A DNA stretch of 64,000 nt, taken from Octopus vulgaris (taxonomy: Eukaryota). This document shows, piece by piece, positions 27,151 to 43,260 of the stretch. Below the pieces are notes generated by a model that was not told the origin of the DNA, did not search any database, and was given only the letters and a program-made list of their open reading frames with translations. Numbering within the stretch: the stretch's first letter is position 1; every line of letters begins with the position of its first letter. The DNA lies in contig OX597824.1 in assembly GCA_951406725.2 (NCBI GenBank), forward strand, positions 58,776,001-58,840,000, in the 5' to 3' direction. The position numbers and the translations under genes were made by a program.

Positions 27151-27779
27151 TATGTATATAGTCTTTTAGTTGTTTCATATATTAATAAGATATACTAATC
27201 GAAGCGAACAGTACTAAGTATCCATTGCGGCCGATCTTGCCGATCGGTTTTACGCTAGAGGTTGAAGAGGTTCAACAGAGTGTTAGGTAACAGACAGATT
27301 ATATAACCCCGAGCTCTACAGTGATGACAGTTATGGAATGAAATATGGCGACTGCTCTCTATTAGTGGAAGTGACACATCCGGTTTGTGGTTGTTGTGAA
27401 AGAGATGATCAAACGAAACGAGAAAGAGTTCAGTTGAGAGTTATGTACCTTGGTACCTTGTTGCCAGGTGACAAAAGTTTTCTGTAAAAGAGTGTATGGG
27501 AAATGTGTGTATTATTAAGGTTAGTTTTCTTGTAGAAATGGATGGTGCATAGTGGTATGATATGTGCAGCGTTTTCGTGGGGAGGGGTACCAAAGGCCGC
27601 ATACGCATTTGCGTGTTCGTTAGTGTGTTTTCTTTCTTTTATGTTTTGGTTAAATTTTTGGAGCATTTATGTATGCATAGAGTGTGTGTAGGGGTACAAT
27701 ATGTGTGAAGTAATATATTGGGGTGGTTGAAAAGGGACTATTGGGTAGATGTCCACCGTGCTAGGTTATGTGTGTTTGT

Positions 27780-27970
27780 GACCTAGCTCCCTTGGATTTT
27801 AACTTGTTCGCTCAGGGCATTTCATAAACCAAGCGGATATGGAAACTTCAGGGAAGGAGTTCTTCGCCTCGAAGGCAAAGAATTGTTATCTACGTGGAAT
27901 TAAAGAACTGACAGAAAGGTGATTTCAGACAGTGCTGCTTGCCGGCTTTTGTTGTTTCTTGATGAATAAA
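27780..27970 (+). mobile_element. Mariner transposase 3' remnant
   Basis: EFFASKAKNCYLRGIKELTER*, resembling the mariner C-terminus FF.SK...FY..GI..L..RW. Confidence 0.6.
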
Positions 27971-28128
27971 GGCAACTAAGTTACCAAAATATTGGTAAGT
28001 TTACGTCTCTACAGACGGGAGTTTCGACACCTAGAAGGATTTATACAACAAAACCTGTAAACAGTTCTGGACATCAATGGTATGATTATTTCAACAAACT
28101 TACACTCTTATATTATACACACATACAC

Positions 28129-28180
<52 letters not shown>

Positions 28181-29142
28181 GTATGTATATATGTTATAAA
28201 TCTATATGCCTGTGTCTGTCTGTGTATCTGACTAATAGGTCTGTCTTTCTCTCTCTCTCTATATATATATATGGGTGTACTGCGTTTTCGTAATTAAATG
28301 AAAGATAAATGAAAATTTAATAATTTTGAAAACATGAAATTTGGGGTAAGAAACCGTAAAAGGCGATATTATTGACGCTGTTGCAGTGGTGGTTGTGGTG
28401 GTGGTGGTGGTGGTGGTGGTGGTTCTCGTCGTTGTTGTTGTTGTTGTTGTTGTCGTCGTTGTTGTTGTTGTTGGTGGTGGTGTTGGTGGTTGTGGTGGTG
28501 GTGGTGGTGGTATGGCGGCGGTGGTAGTGATGGATGTAATGCCGTTTTTGTTAAAGTCGACGTCATTGTCGTTGTTATTATAGATGTAATATGATTTTTT
28601 TTTCTGTTCATGCCAATTTATTATTAATGCATAAAGTTGGACAACATGTATAGACACACCCTGAAATAGCAGAAACTAGTTAGGCTGCAAAACATACAAA
28701 AAAGAACATAAATTAAAACGTGAAAGAACCCACAAACAAGACAGTAATAGAAACAAAAAGAAAAAAAAAAACCAAGGGCAGCAGCAGTTTAAAATTGCAA
28801 AGGAACATTACACATACACACACAAAAACACGCACGCGTATATATATTTATATAGATGTATATGCATACACTAATATACACACACATACATATTTGAAGT
28901 AATGGTTATGTTAAATGAAGTTAAAAATAAAAATAAAAATAAAACAAACTGGTACTATCTGTAATAACGTTATGTATCATAACAGAAGAAGACATCAAAA
29001 GTGCACAGGACGTCTATCTGTTACAGGATAATGTTAAGAAAAATCTTAGCCATGGCGCCGACTCCAACGACATCACCAATAACACAGACCTTCAAGTGAA
29101 ATATCTCTGATGAGGAAGTAGAAATCGGTTAAAGGACCCCCA

Positions 29143-29178
<36 letters not shown>

Positions 29179-29331
29179 GTGAGTGAGAGAAAGCGAGAGA
29201 CAGAGAGAGGGGGCACACACTCGCAAACATATATGCATATAGGAAAGCTAAGTTTTCATCAAATTCTGTAATATTCTAAAATTTCTTACTTTTCTCCCGT
29301 GTATTTTGTACACATATACATTCACATGCAT

Positions 29332-29374
<43 letters not shown>

Positions 29375-30114
29375 GGTCTTATGTGTGTGTCAGCGTCTGT
29401 GTGTGTGTTAGTATTACATACGTACATGCATACAAAACAGTTGTGTACGTATGTAATATTTGTTTGTATTTGCATACGTGAACATATATATATTTGTGTG
29501 TGTGTATGTATGTATGCATATGCATATATATGTATATATGCATATATATATATATACATACACACACACATATATATATATTTATATATATATATATATG
29601 TATCTAGGTATATATATGTATATATGTCTGCTTGTATATATGTATCTATGTACACACACATACATACATTCACATGCGTATATAATAAGTTTGTAAGTGT
29701 GGAGCCGATTTGATTGCGAGTTTGTAGGTTAATAATGTATAGATGTTTAACTATGTTTATACATACATGCAAGTGTGTACATTATAGTGTTGATGTTTTC
29801 GTGTGGGAAATAAATTTGTAATAAATACCGAAAAAGTATATGTATTTGTGCCTGCATGTGTTTGTATGCATACGTGTGTGTATAGCTGAGTGCGCGCGTG
29901 TGTAGATATTTATGCATGTATTTGTTTTGTTGGTGTAGGGAGAATCAGACTTCATTGTAGGTATTTTATATTCACATGCGTTTTCTGTATATTTGCATTG
30001 ATCTAGAATGAGTTAAGAAAATAAGAGGACATATAAAGTAGAGGAAATCAGTAAAGCGTTGACTTTTAAGTAGATAAGTGGCTAGCGTGTATTAAGCGTG
30101 GAATAAATTGAACG

Positions 30115-30181
<67 letters not shown>

Positions 30182-30207
30182 CATATATACATACATACAT
30201 ACATACA

Positions 30208-31880
<1,673 letters not shown>

Positions 31881-31889
31881 TTAAGAGTG

Positions 31890-32137
31890 TGTGTATGTGT
31901 GAGCGCGTGTGTGTGCGTGTGTCTTTGTGTCTGTGTTCGTCCCCCATCATCGCCTAACAACCGGTGTTAGTGTATTTATGACCCCCTAACTTAGCGGTTC
32001 GGCAAAAGAGAACTGATAGAATTAGTACTAGGCTTGAAAAATAAGTCCTGGGGTTGATTTGTTCGATCAAAATCCTTCAATGTGGTGCTTCAGCATGGCC
32101 GCAGTCGAATGACTGAACAAGTAAAAGAATAAAAGAA
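31890..32137 (+). mobile_element. SINE family A, 3' half
   Basis: cttagcggttcggcaaaagag...cagcatggccgcagtc...gtaaaagaataaaaga. Confidence 0.85.
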
Positions 32138-32999
32138 TATATATATATATTTATATATGTATATATATTTATGCACATTCACACACACATATGCACACTC
32201 ACACGCGTGCGCGTACACACGCATACACACGCAATAAGACAACTGTAGCTCAAGGTTGTTCTACACACTAAAGTAAAGTAGTGTATCACGTATGCATCAC
32301 AGTAAGTTTAAAACTTCCAGCTTGTAGAATTAACCTACAGATTTGAAGATAAAATGTCCGCTTGAGTGTGATTGAATGCAATTTAATAAACCGTTGTTTG
32401 TGTCTATTCCAAATAATCATTTTGTATAGTAGGTTCTGACATTGGTTTCGATGTATGTAGGCCTAGTAGCCAATACTGTAGCAGTCAAGCAATCAACACA
32501 GACATATGATTTGTTTTCAGTGGTGAAGGCTTCTGTAGAACCAGCCACACATTTTAGAAATGCTGAAGGCAGAAACTTGATGCAAACGTTTGCCACATAC
32601 ACAAAGTACAACATACCTCTGACTTTTCTATAAGACTTCTCTATCGTCTGAGTTAGTTGCTTTTGCTAGTGTTTAAAGACTAAACACTATCTGGAATGAT
32701 AAATGCGTAACAAACCGGAAATGTCTAAGTTTTCGCACACATATATCACGTACTTGGTGGGCCATTGGCATTTCTGAATTCGTCCTCCATTTCCAGGATC
32801 TTGTTTTTCATCTTACAGGATGTCTAAAAGCCACCTTTCTCATCAAGCAAATTTGACAATGTAACCAGTTTAGTTCTCGATGTCCAGACAATATAACATG
32901 TTGTACTGAGTTACATGTTACCAATAGCATTCGAGAGTAACATAACAAGAAATCATTATAGATATTATTTATTATAGTGCATATATATCATTGCAACCA

Positions 33000-33480
33000 C
33001 AGTCGAACATTCTTGTCAAAGTCTATTCACAATTCACGAATTTCCATTGCTCGTGGCAACTACTCCTCAGTGAGGTTTAATCGTCTAAGAGTTGATCAAT
33101 TTATGTTCAAGCAAGCTGTCCTCTGCTGTGTATCCCGTGAGTTGGTTCACACTATAGTAGCTTGTGTATAACTTCCTGTTTACTTCTCCAGCAATGTCCG
33201 GCAAACCCTAACCGCCTTTGAGCAATTGTACATAATATCTTGGGCAAGGTTTCGTAGAAAGTTTCACTTTTTATACGTTTACGGCAGCTCAGGTTTTGTG
33301 AAACTCTCAGCATCTTAGTGTATGTAGCATCTAGTTTTTTTCTCGAGGGCTTACGTTAGGGTTCATGTATTTGATCCATACAACAGTGATTCAAACGGTG
33401 TTTTGAATGATATTTTGATTTTTCTGGGTAGATCTGCTGGTCATGTCTTTTCCGCTTTGTTCATTGAAGCCTAGGCTTCA
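33000..33480 (-). mobile_element. RTE-clade LINE 3' fragment
   Basis: FESLLYGSNT*TLT, LDATYTKMLR, RLGFAGHCWRSKQEVIHKL. Confidence 0.75.
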
Positions 33481-33594
33481 GTAAAAAGAAAAACAGAGAC
33501 GCTCGAATGTGTATCTATATATGTAAGTATGTATGTATGTATGTATGCATATATACATATATATATACACACACACACATATATCTATCTATCT

Positions 33595-33670
<76 letters not shown>

Positions 33671-34369
33671 ATATGTGTTGGGTATGTTCATAGTACTAAG
33701 CCGACACTGTCTATGGCCACCTGACGTCACTGGATCTACCTCAGAAATTCCTCAGTGTAAGTGTACGTTGAATATATAACAGAAGAGAGAGACGGAATAT
33801 AAAATATATGAGAGACATTATTCCTCACAACGATCATTCAGGCCCATTCTGCATAGCTCTCTCGCGTGTAGGATACTGTACAACTGGTTGTATTGCATCC
33901 CTTGGTGCAGATGCGTCTCTTCAGGTCATGTTATAAGGGATGTCTCCGTAAATAAACTGTTTCACTTTGTTTTAATACACCTTGCTGTTTAGTGACCGTA
34001 GGTTCAAGACGTTGGGCATACCTACCCAATGGCTTAAACCTGTATTTATCAAACCAGAGCGAAACAGAGTTTATTTAACGAGATACCCCTTATATCATCA
34101 CCTGAAGAGACTCCGCTGCACCGAGAGATGCACCACAATCAGTTGTATGTATGTATGTGTGTGTGTATGTATGTATGTATGTAATTGAGCTGTGGCCATG
34201 CTAGGACACTGCCTTGAATGGTTTAGTCGAGCAAACCGACCATAATGCTAATTTTTAAAAATCAACCACTTATTCTATCTGTCTGTCGTGGGTAGCAAAC
34301 ACAAACACTCAGATACATGCCTATATAAATCAATCTATCTGTCTGTTTATATGCATGCATGTATGTATT

Positions 34370-34850
34370 ATGTCTCCTGAAGCTAAAAACAACAGTAACA
34401 CCGTCCTCTATAGGACCACCACATTTAGTTGGCAAATATATTTTACGATTACGTACTGCTTATCTCTCGCTCAGAGATTTAATATATCTTATCTCTCTTT
34501 TTACGAGATCAGCGACAATGTGTCGCTAGAAAAAGGATATAGTATTTTGCGACTGGAATGAGTTCTTTATCAGTAGCCAATGATTAACACACACTGAAGA
34601 CGTGTAACCACTCAGAAACCTGGGTCTGTGTGTATCACGCAAGGCTAGAGATGGGATCAATGACCTCTCTCGCAAATACTAGTCGGACACAGACTGTGTC
34701 GTTGGCCAGCTGGAGGAGATGTCTTACTGGGGCTAAAAACAACAGTAACACTGTCCTCTATAGGACCACACATTTAGTTGGCAAATATATTTTACGATTT
34801 CGTACTGTTACTGTTTATTTCTCGCACAGGGATTTAATATAACTTCTCTC
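34370..34850 (+). mobile_element. Retrozyme-like non-coding unit: 350-nt period, ~125-nt terminal redundancy, one HHR
   Basis: Direct repeats 34370-34497 and 34719-34850; HHR at 34587-34633; several internal stems. Confidence 0.65.
34587..34633 (+). ncRNA. Type I hammerhead ribozyme
   Basis: acacaca-CTGAAGA-cgtgtaaccactca-GAAA-cctggg-TC-tgtgtgt; 7-bp stem I, GUC cleavage triplet; stem II imperfect. Confidence 0.75.
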
Positions 34851-34858
34851 TCTCTCTC

Positions 34859-34903
<45 letters not shown>

Positions 34904-35178
34904 CGTTCTTTTTGTATTTGGTTTGCAAGAATCTTTACGTGAATTCGTGTTATTGAAGTATATTTTATTGTGTCTGGGGAGAGTCATCCTGTTTTAATTG
35001 GTCATTAGTTAACACACTCACCGGTTCGATTTCCACTCATTTCCTTATTTAGTCTTTCTAAATTTTTCGTTGCTTCTTACAACCTCTTCGATAGTCGTTG
35101 ACTCTGTCCGTTATCGAAATTGCGTTCTTTTTGTTTGATTGTGCGCGTATGTGTGCATCAGTGTGCTTGTGTATACAC

Positions 35179-35209
<31 letters not shown>

Positions 35210-35489
35210 TGTATGTATGTATGTATGTATGTATGTATGTATGTGTATGTGTTTGTATGTATGCGTGTGTGTATGCATATATATATATATATATGTATGC
35301 GTGTGAGTACATTTGTATGTATGTCTTCTGCATATTCCTGTGTTTGTGTTTTCATGTTTCTGCGTTTGTGTGTGTGTCTTTGTGTGTGTGCTTATCTGTC
35401 CTTATTAGCTATGTACCTATCTATCTGCATATCTATCTGTTTCTTTACATATCCATTTACCTACACACACACACATGCACACGCACACA

Positions 35490-35603
<114 letters not shown>

Positions 35604-35604
35604 A

Positions 35605-36900
35605 ATGGAGTTTAACACAGGTATAATTCAAATACTTTTACTTCCGACACATTATTCTAAAAGTAAGTGTAAGACTCAAAAATAATTACACTAAAAATAA
35701 GATAAATAGTAGTAAAAATATTTGGTTCATTTTTCCATACGAGAAACAAATTACATCTAATCTCCCATTGCAATTTCGTCAAGCTATTGTTAGGAATTTT
35801 CCAAAGAATTCTTGGTATTACTCTATTATCAATTCACATACGGTTAGGATTGGTTTTTCCAACACAAAAAAATCTCTTACAAATTATTTCTTCACATAAT
35901 AACAACCTGTTAAATATGAATACATTTACTAATACTAACATTAATTTAGCTAATACGATCCATCCCTTTAGAAATATTAATAACAAGGTTATTGTATCTG
36001 AAGTCAATTCCAACAGAATTAAGTTTTTGTCAAGTAACTCTAAAATCAAAAATTCTTTATACCAGTGTATAATCAGTACTCGTAATAAAGTACGATTTTA
36101 CATTGGAAGCACGTCGTTAGAGTTATCTAAAAGAATTTCTATCCATTACTCAACATTTAGGGATAGGAATAAATGTAACAGTACTGGGCTCAGTAAATTA
36201 ATTTGGGACCTAAAAGACCACGATGAACAATTTAATTTAGAATGGTTGATTCTCTAAATCTCGTTACCTTATGACAAAGACAAGGAATTCTGTCTTCTCT
36301 GTAATTCTGAACTATTTTTCATTATTTTTTCTAAACCCCCCTAGTAAACACTGTTATAGAGCGTGCATACCGATGTAAACATTGGCAAAAACACACCTTT
36401 AGTTCATATAAGTAATTTCTGTCATTATATATAATTTAAACATTAATTTTCTTTTTATATTTAACATTCACTAAAAACATATCCCTCCTCTTTCTATAAG
36501 CTACTTCTGACGTTATATCATATAACGTTTTTTCAAACAATATTAATAGCGTTCAGTAAATCACCATACATATCCATCATTTTCTGTTAAAATGTCTTAT
36601 TGACGAGTTTCATTTCTTCACCTCCCTGAAGAGAAGATTACATTGCTTCACACCATTTATTCTTTTGAATAATATCAGTGAAATCTTCGAAACATGTGTC
36701 GGAAGAAAAAGTATTTGAATTACACCTGCGTTAAACTCCATTTATTTATTTATATATTATACAAAAAATTCCACGTAAACCCGAAGTTTCTACCTTTAAA
36801 AACAAGGAGTTACAACCTCTTTACTTGTGTGATTTTTTGCTACCCTGGTAACTCTTTATCTATTTTTCCGTGTTAATTGTTAACGAGGGAAAATACACTC
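35605..36900 (+). mobile_element. 5'-truncated Penelope-like element (GIY-YIG + HHR) inserted in (TA)n
   Basis: IWFIFPY...; ORF 35787-36257 SLYQC...FYIGST...KRISIH...NSTGLSKLIWDLK; then FCLLCNSE; HHR at 36623-36703. Confidence 0.88.
36623..36703 (+). ncRNA. Type I hammerhead ribozyme with long stem II
   Basis: tcc-CTGAAGA-gaagatt...aatcttc-GAAA-catgtg-TC-gga. Confidence 0.8.
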
Positions 36901-37394
36901 ATATATATATATATATGTGTGTATATGTATGTCTGTATATATATGTGAGTGTGTATATGTATATTTATATATACATAAATTAGCCCTCTGAACTTTTTAG
37001 ACCATATTCTAAACTCTCTGATTAAGCCTAGAGGCACACCCAAGTACCCTAATTTTATCTACCAATCATTACAGTACACTGAAAAGATGGAAATAAAATG
37101 TGGGGTACTGTGACCTCTTGGCAAAATCAGCTGTAAGAAATTGATCTTTCTCTCTTCTAGAAATTACTGGGACTTTATATATGTAAAACACAATCTTTAC
37201 ACATGTACATATATTCTCATAATTGTTTAAAATAAATAAATGGACATAATATAATGTCTAACAGTTGATGCATACCACCTATGGATCCCCTCTCCCCTCC
37301 ATTTCCTTCTTGCCGTGTGTATATATATATACATACATCACGCATGTACACACACATACACACATACATATATACATACACACACATGTATAAA

Positions 37395-37438
<44 letters not shown>

Positions 37439-38227
37439 CGTGCGTGTGTGTATGTGTGAGTATGTGTGTGTGTAACTGTCTGCAGCTGTTGATTCAGGTC
37501 TTAGATACTCTGAGTTTGTTGCTCACATATGTATACTCATTCTACTCAGTAGAACTTTCATGCCACACATTGCGTACAAATTCTCTTATCAAAATCCATT
37601 CCGGTTCTAACCATCCTGCCTGATTTGTTTTTCACAACTTTGATACCATTAACCAACGTATCCTTCCCTGTTTTAAGGACTGTATGTTGCGATTTGTGAA
37701 AGATTTGGAAGCTATATTTGGCAACAAATTCTTTATGGAGTGATTTTATAGGTACTGGCAATTCGACTAATGGTGATATTAGGTCAGCTGAGAGGCAAAT
37801 ATAGCGTAATAACCTAATTAGGGATATGGGTGAGATGTAAAGTGGAATACATTAAGATCGGAAATACATTGAAGAGAATATTTTATTATTATTATTACTG
37901 CCTTCCTCCGCCCAGACTAGAATTAGTTTAGTCGCCCACACAAGGAGAACTTGTGCAAAAGCGTCCTGTAAGGATTTGCGATATGACATGCCACACACAC
38001 ACACACACAAATATACACACTCACAGAAATACACATACATAAACTATGTACATATCAATAAGTTAATAATGAGAAAATATAGAGAAAACGAATGTATGGC
38101 GATTATATTTAAAAAGTATAACTTGTTTTGCAAAATATCAATAGCAGTATGCCTACACGCATACATATACACACATATGTATGTATATGTATTTACACAC
38201 ATGTTTACATAAATACATATACTTACA

Positions 38228-38278
<51 letters not shown>

Positions 38279-38707
38279 CCATGTATGTATACATATATAC
38301 ACGGTGTATTAATTAATAGTGCATTACAACAGAATGACTCTCCCCAAACACAACGATATATATACACACAATTATGTGAGTAAATATGTGTGTGCGTGTA
38401 TATATCTATCTATATATGTATATCTATATCTATATCTCTCCTTCTCTCCCTCTCTCCCTCTCTCTCTCTCTCTCTGCAAGTGTGCGTGTATGTGCGTGCA
38501 TAGGTGCGTTTGTGTGTGTGTTATGTGTGCGTGTGTGTGGGCATGCGTGTGTATGTATGTATGTATGTGTGCATGCATGTATGTATGTATGTATGTATGT
38601 ATGTATGTATGTTTGTATACATGTGTGTATGTATGTGTGCGTGTGTATGTATGTATGTATGTATGTATGTATGTATGTATGTATGTATGTATGTATGTGC
38701 GTGTGTA

Positions 38708-38745
<38 letters not shown>

Positions 38746-39088
38746 TGTGTCTAATGACGTGTTGGGCGCGCTAGCTTCAACTGTGACATCTGGTGAGTAG
38801 TAACAACGCACGTGAGGCGGATGTCACAAAATAGATGAAGTTCGCATCGCTGAATGCCACGGCGATCCCGATTACGCCGAAAACATAGGAAGTAAACAAA
38901 ATTATACATACGCACATACACGGACATACAGACAAACACACATGCACACACTTGTACACTTATACAGTTGTGTAATTGATCTGTATTGGTGTGTATGTAT
39001 ATTATGTATATGTGTGTGTGTGCGTACGTATGTGTGCGTGTACGCTCATGTGTGTGTATATATATATATATATAAATATATATATATA

Positions 39089-39143
<55 letters not shown>

Positions 39144-39162
39144 ATATATACATATCATTTGT

Positions 39163-39206
<44 letters not shown>

Positions 39207-39330
39207 GTTTATATCATTTGTACGTGTATATATATATATATATATATATGTACATATATATATATATATATAATGTGAAATAGAAAGATGAATAATCTTG
39301 TAGTAGATTAATCAAAAGTTTAAATATACA

Positions 39331-39392
<62 letters not shown>

Positions 39393-39974
39393 CCAATCAT
39401 ATGTACTTATATATATGTGTGTGTGTTTGTGCAAGTATGTGTATAAAAATATCGGTGTTTTTGTGTAATTGTATATACGCTGCGTCCCATAAGTCACACT
39501 TCCGAATGTGAGATTGGCTTAAATGTTACCTAACTTATATACACACATGCACACATACACATATATACACATGCACATACACAAACACAAGCATACACAC
39601 ACAAACATATGATATATGTATATGTATATATATATAAACGTATACATATGTTAAAACACACACACAACAGCTCACACACACACACACACGTGCGCACCCA
39701 CGCGCGCGTGCATATATACAATATATCATTCGCTGGATAACGATCCGAGTAAGGTGCACTCAATACAAGTTAAGAATTCAGTGTTATACTAAAGCTTGTC
39801 ATGTGGGCTGTTACTCTGCAGTTTCTACACTGTGCAGTTATTTTTTACACTCACTTTCCACTGGGCCCAGTGTAATTTTGACTGCAGAGGTGATTGTTCA
39901 TCGTGGAAACTCTATAGAGAAACGCTACAGGACCGGCTTAAATCAAGAATATATGTGCCTGTGTGTGTGTGAGT

Positions 39975-41298
<1,324 letters not shown>

Positions 41299-41387
41299 TG
41301 TATATATATATATATATATATCTTGTCTATAAAAAGCATAAATCCGAAAGAAGAAGCACACTCTTAAGATGTAGAGCAGTATATATT

Positions 41388-41700
41388 AAAAATGGGGAAG
41401 GCCAGTTTATGGGATTACCTTAGGTTTCCCGTCCATAAAGGGTTTAGCTTAATGGCTTATCAGCAGAAACCTGTTGGACTAAGACCTCTTAAAAATATAG
41501 AGGAGGAAATGCCCTACTAGACAAAGGTAACAATTGGGGATTATCTCCCTTTATTATTGGCTATCGTCTTCCGGCTGTGCCGCCATATTTTAAAGAGATT
41601 TGAGCCAACAGGTCTTGGGATGTGACAATATGCCATAAAGCTAAACTTTTTATGGATGGGAAACCTAATGTAATCCCATAAAACGGCCTTACCCATCTTA
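41388..41700. mobile_element. Fold-back element with ~110-bp diverged inverted arms containing decayed HHRs
   Basis: atgggga aggcc..ttatgggattac.ttaggtttccc.tccataaa mirrored at the right end; right arm gggat-GTGACAA...GAAA-cctaatg-TA-atccc. Confidence 0.7.
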
Positions 41701-41799
41701 TATATATATATATATATATATATACGCACACACATATATATACATATACATACACACGCACGCACATATGTATATGCCACACATAGAGATGTATGTACG

Positions 41800-41830
<31 letters not shown>

Positions 41831-42804
41831 GTATATGTGCGGGTGAGTACTTGTGTATAAATACATATATTTTACATATATTTATATTCGTCAGTCTCTC
41901 GCTATATATGTATATATCTGTGTGTGCGCGTTGTGTGAGTGCGCGCGTGTAGAAATGTGGGTCTGTTATAATACACACAGACATATACATGTGCGTAAAC
42001 GCGCATAAACACATTTATGTGTGTGTGTGCGTGTGAGTGTTTTCTGTATGCATTTTCTGACTTCCTTATATGCGTATTTCTATGACAAAGCTATCAAATT
42101 TTTATTATTATCGAAGTGCTGGTATATGTAGAATTTGTTGCTTAATAAGAATAATAACAATATTAATGGTAATAACAACAAAAATAGTAATATTAATGAT
42201 GATGAATATGATGATGATAATGATAATAATGATAATAATAATTGCTTGAATGTTAAACCAGTCATTTATCGTATGACAGGCGTGTGCCGCTGTGGAGGCG
42301 AAATGTCAATTTAAACAAGTTGTTGAAATGACAACTGCCCTCCGTTCGTTTGGGCGTCTCCTCATACAGGCATCATAGCCGTCGTCATTGTCGTCACCAC
42401 CACAACGACGACCTCCACCACCCTCACACCACCCTCACTCCCACCCTCATTTTCGCCGTCGTTTTCAACCTTTTTGTGTTCGGCATCATCAGCATTGTTA
42501 TCAGTAGCATTAGCTTCATCACCCTACGCCGTCATCAGCATCATCACCCCCTATCACCATTATCATAATCAATATCGCCATCATCGCCATCAGCATTAAC
42601 GTCGTCGTCATCATTATTATCTCATATTCATCGTCGTTGTCATCATCATGATCACCACCACCATCTACACTACTATCATCATCATCACCCGTCTTCGTCA
42701 ATACCACCACCCACCTACCCACCTTCACCATTATCCTCACACGTCGTCGTCATCCTCATCGTCGTCATCGTTGACGTCCATATCATTAACGTTTATGTTA
42801 AGAA

Positions 42805-43260
42805 CATTGGTTTCAAATATTGGAACAAGGCCAGTAAGCTCGAAGTGAGGCTAAGTCGATTTCATTACCGAGCAAAATTGTTAGAGGCATTTCGTCCGTC
42901 TTCACGTTCTGAGTTTAAATTTTATGGAGATCGACTTTAGGTTAGATAAAATAAGCACCAGTTAGATAAATTAACGTACCAGTTGAGCACTGGGGTCGAT
43001 ATAATCGACTTACGGCCTTTTCTGAAATTGCTGACCTTGTACCAAAATTCGAAAGTAATATTGATTTCAAATTTTGGACTAATGCTTAAATTTTGGAGGA
43101 TAGAGAAAGTCGTTTACATCATTCCCAGTGTTCAACTGGTACTTATTTTATCGACCCGAAATGATGAAAAAAACAAAGTCGATCTCGGAGGAATTTGAAC
43201 TCAGAAGGTAAAGTCGGACAAAATGCCGCTAAGCATTTTGTCCTGCGTGCAAACGAAATT
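42805..43260. mobile_element. Cluster of SINE family B fragments in alternating orientation
   Basis: Plus copy ~42880-43055 tail-to-tail with minus copy ~43063-43255. Confidence 0.75.

Noticed and set aside
33672-34142. Possible solo LTR (TG...CA, AATAAA) containing CTGAAGA
   Set aside because: No second copy, TSD or PBS, and no downstream GAAA or stems for an HHR.
39880-39925. CTGCAGA...GAAActctatagag hammerhead look-alike
   Set aside because: Core mismatch, and no UH cleavage site or stem I.
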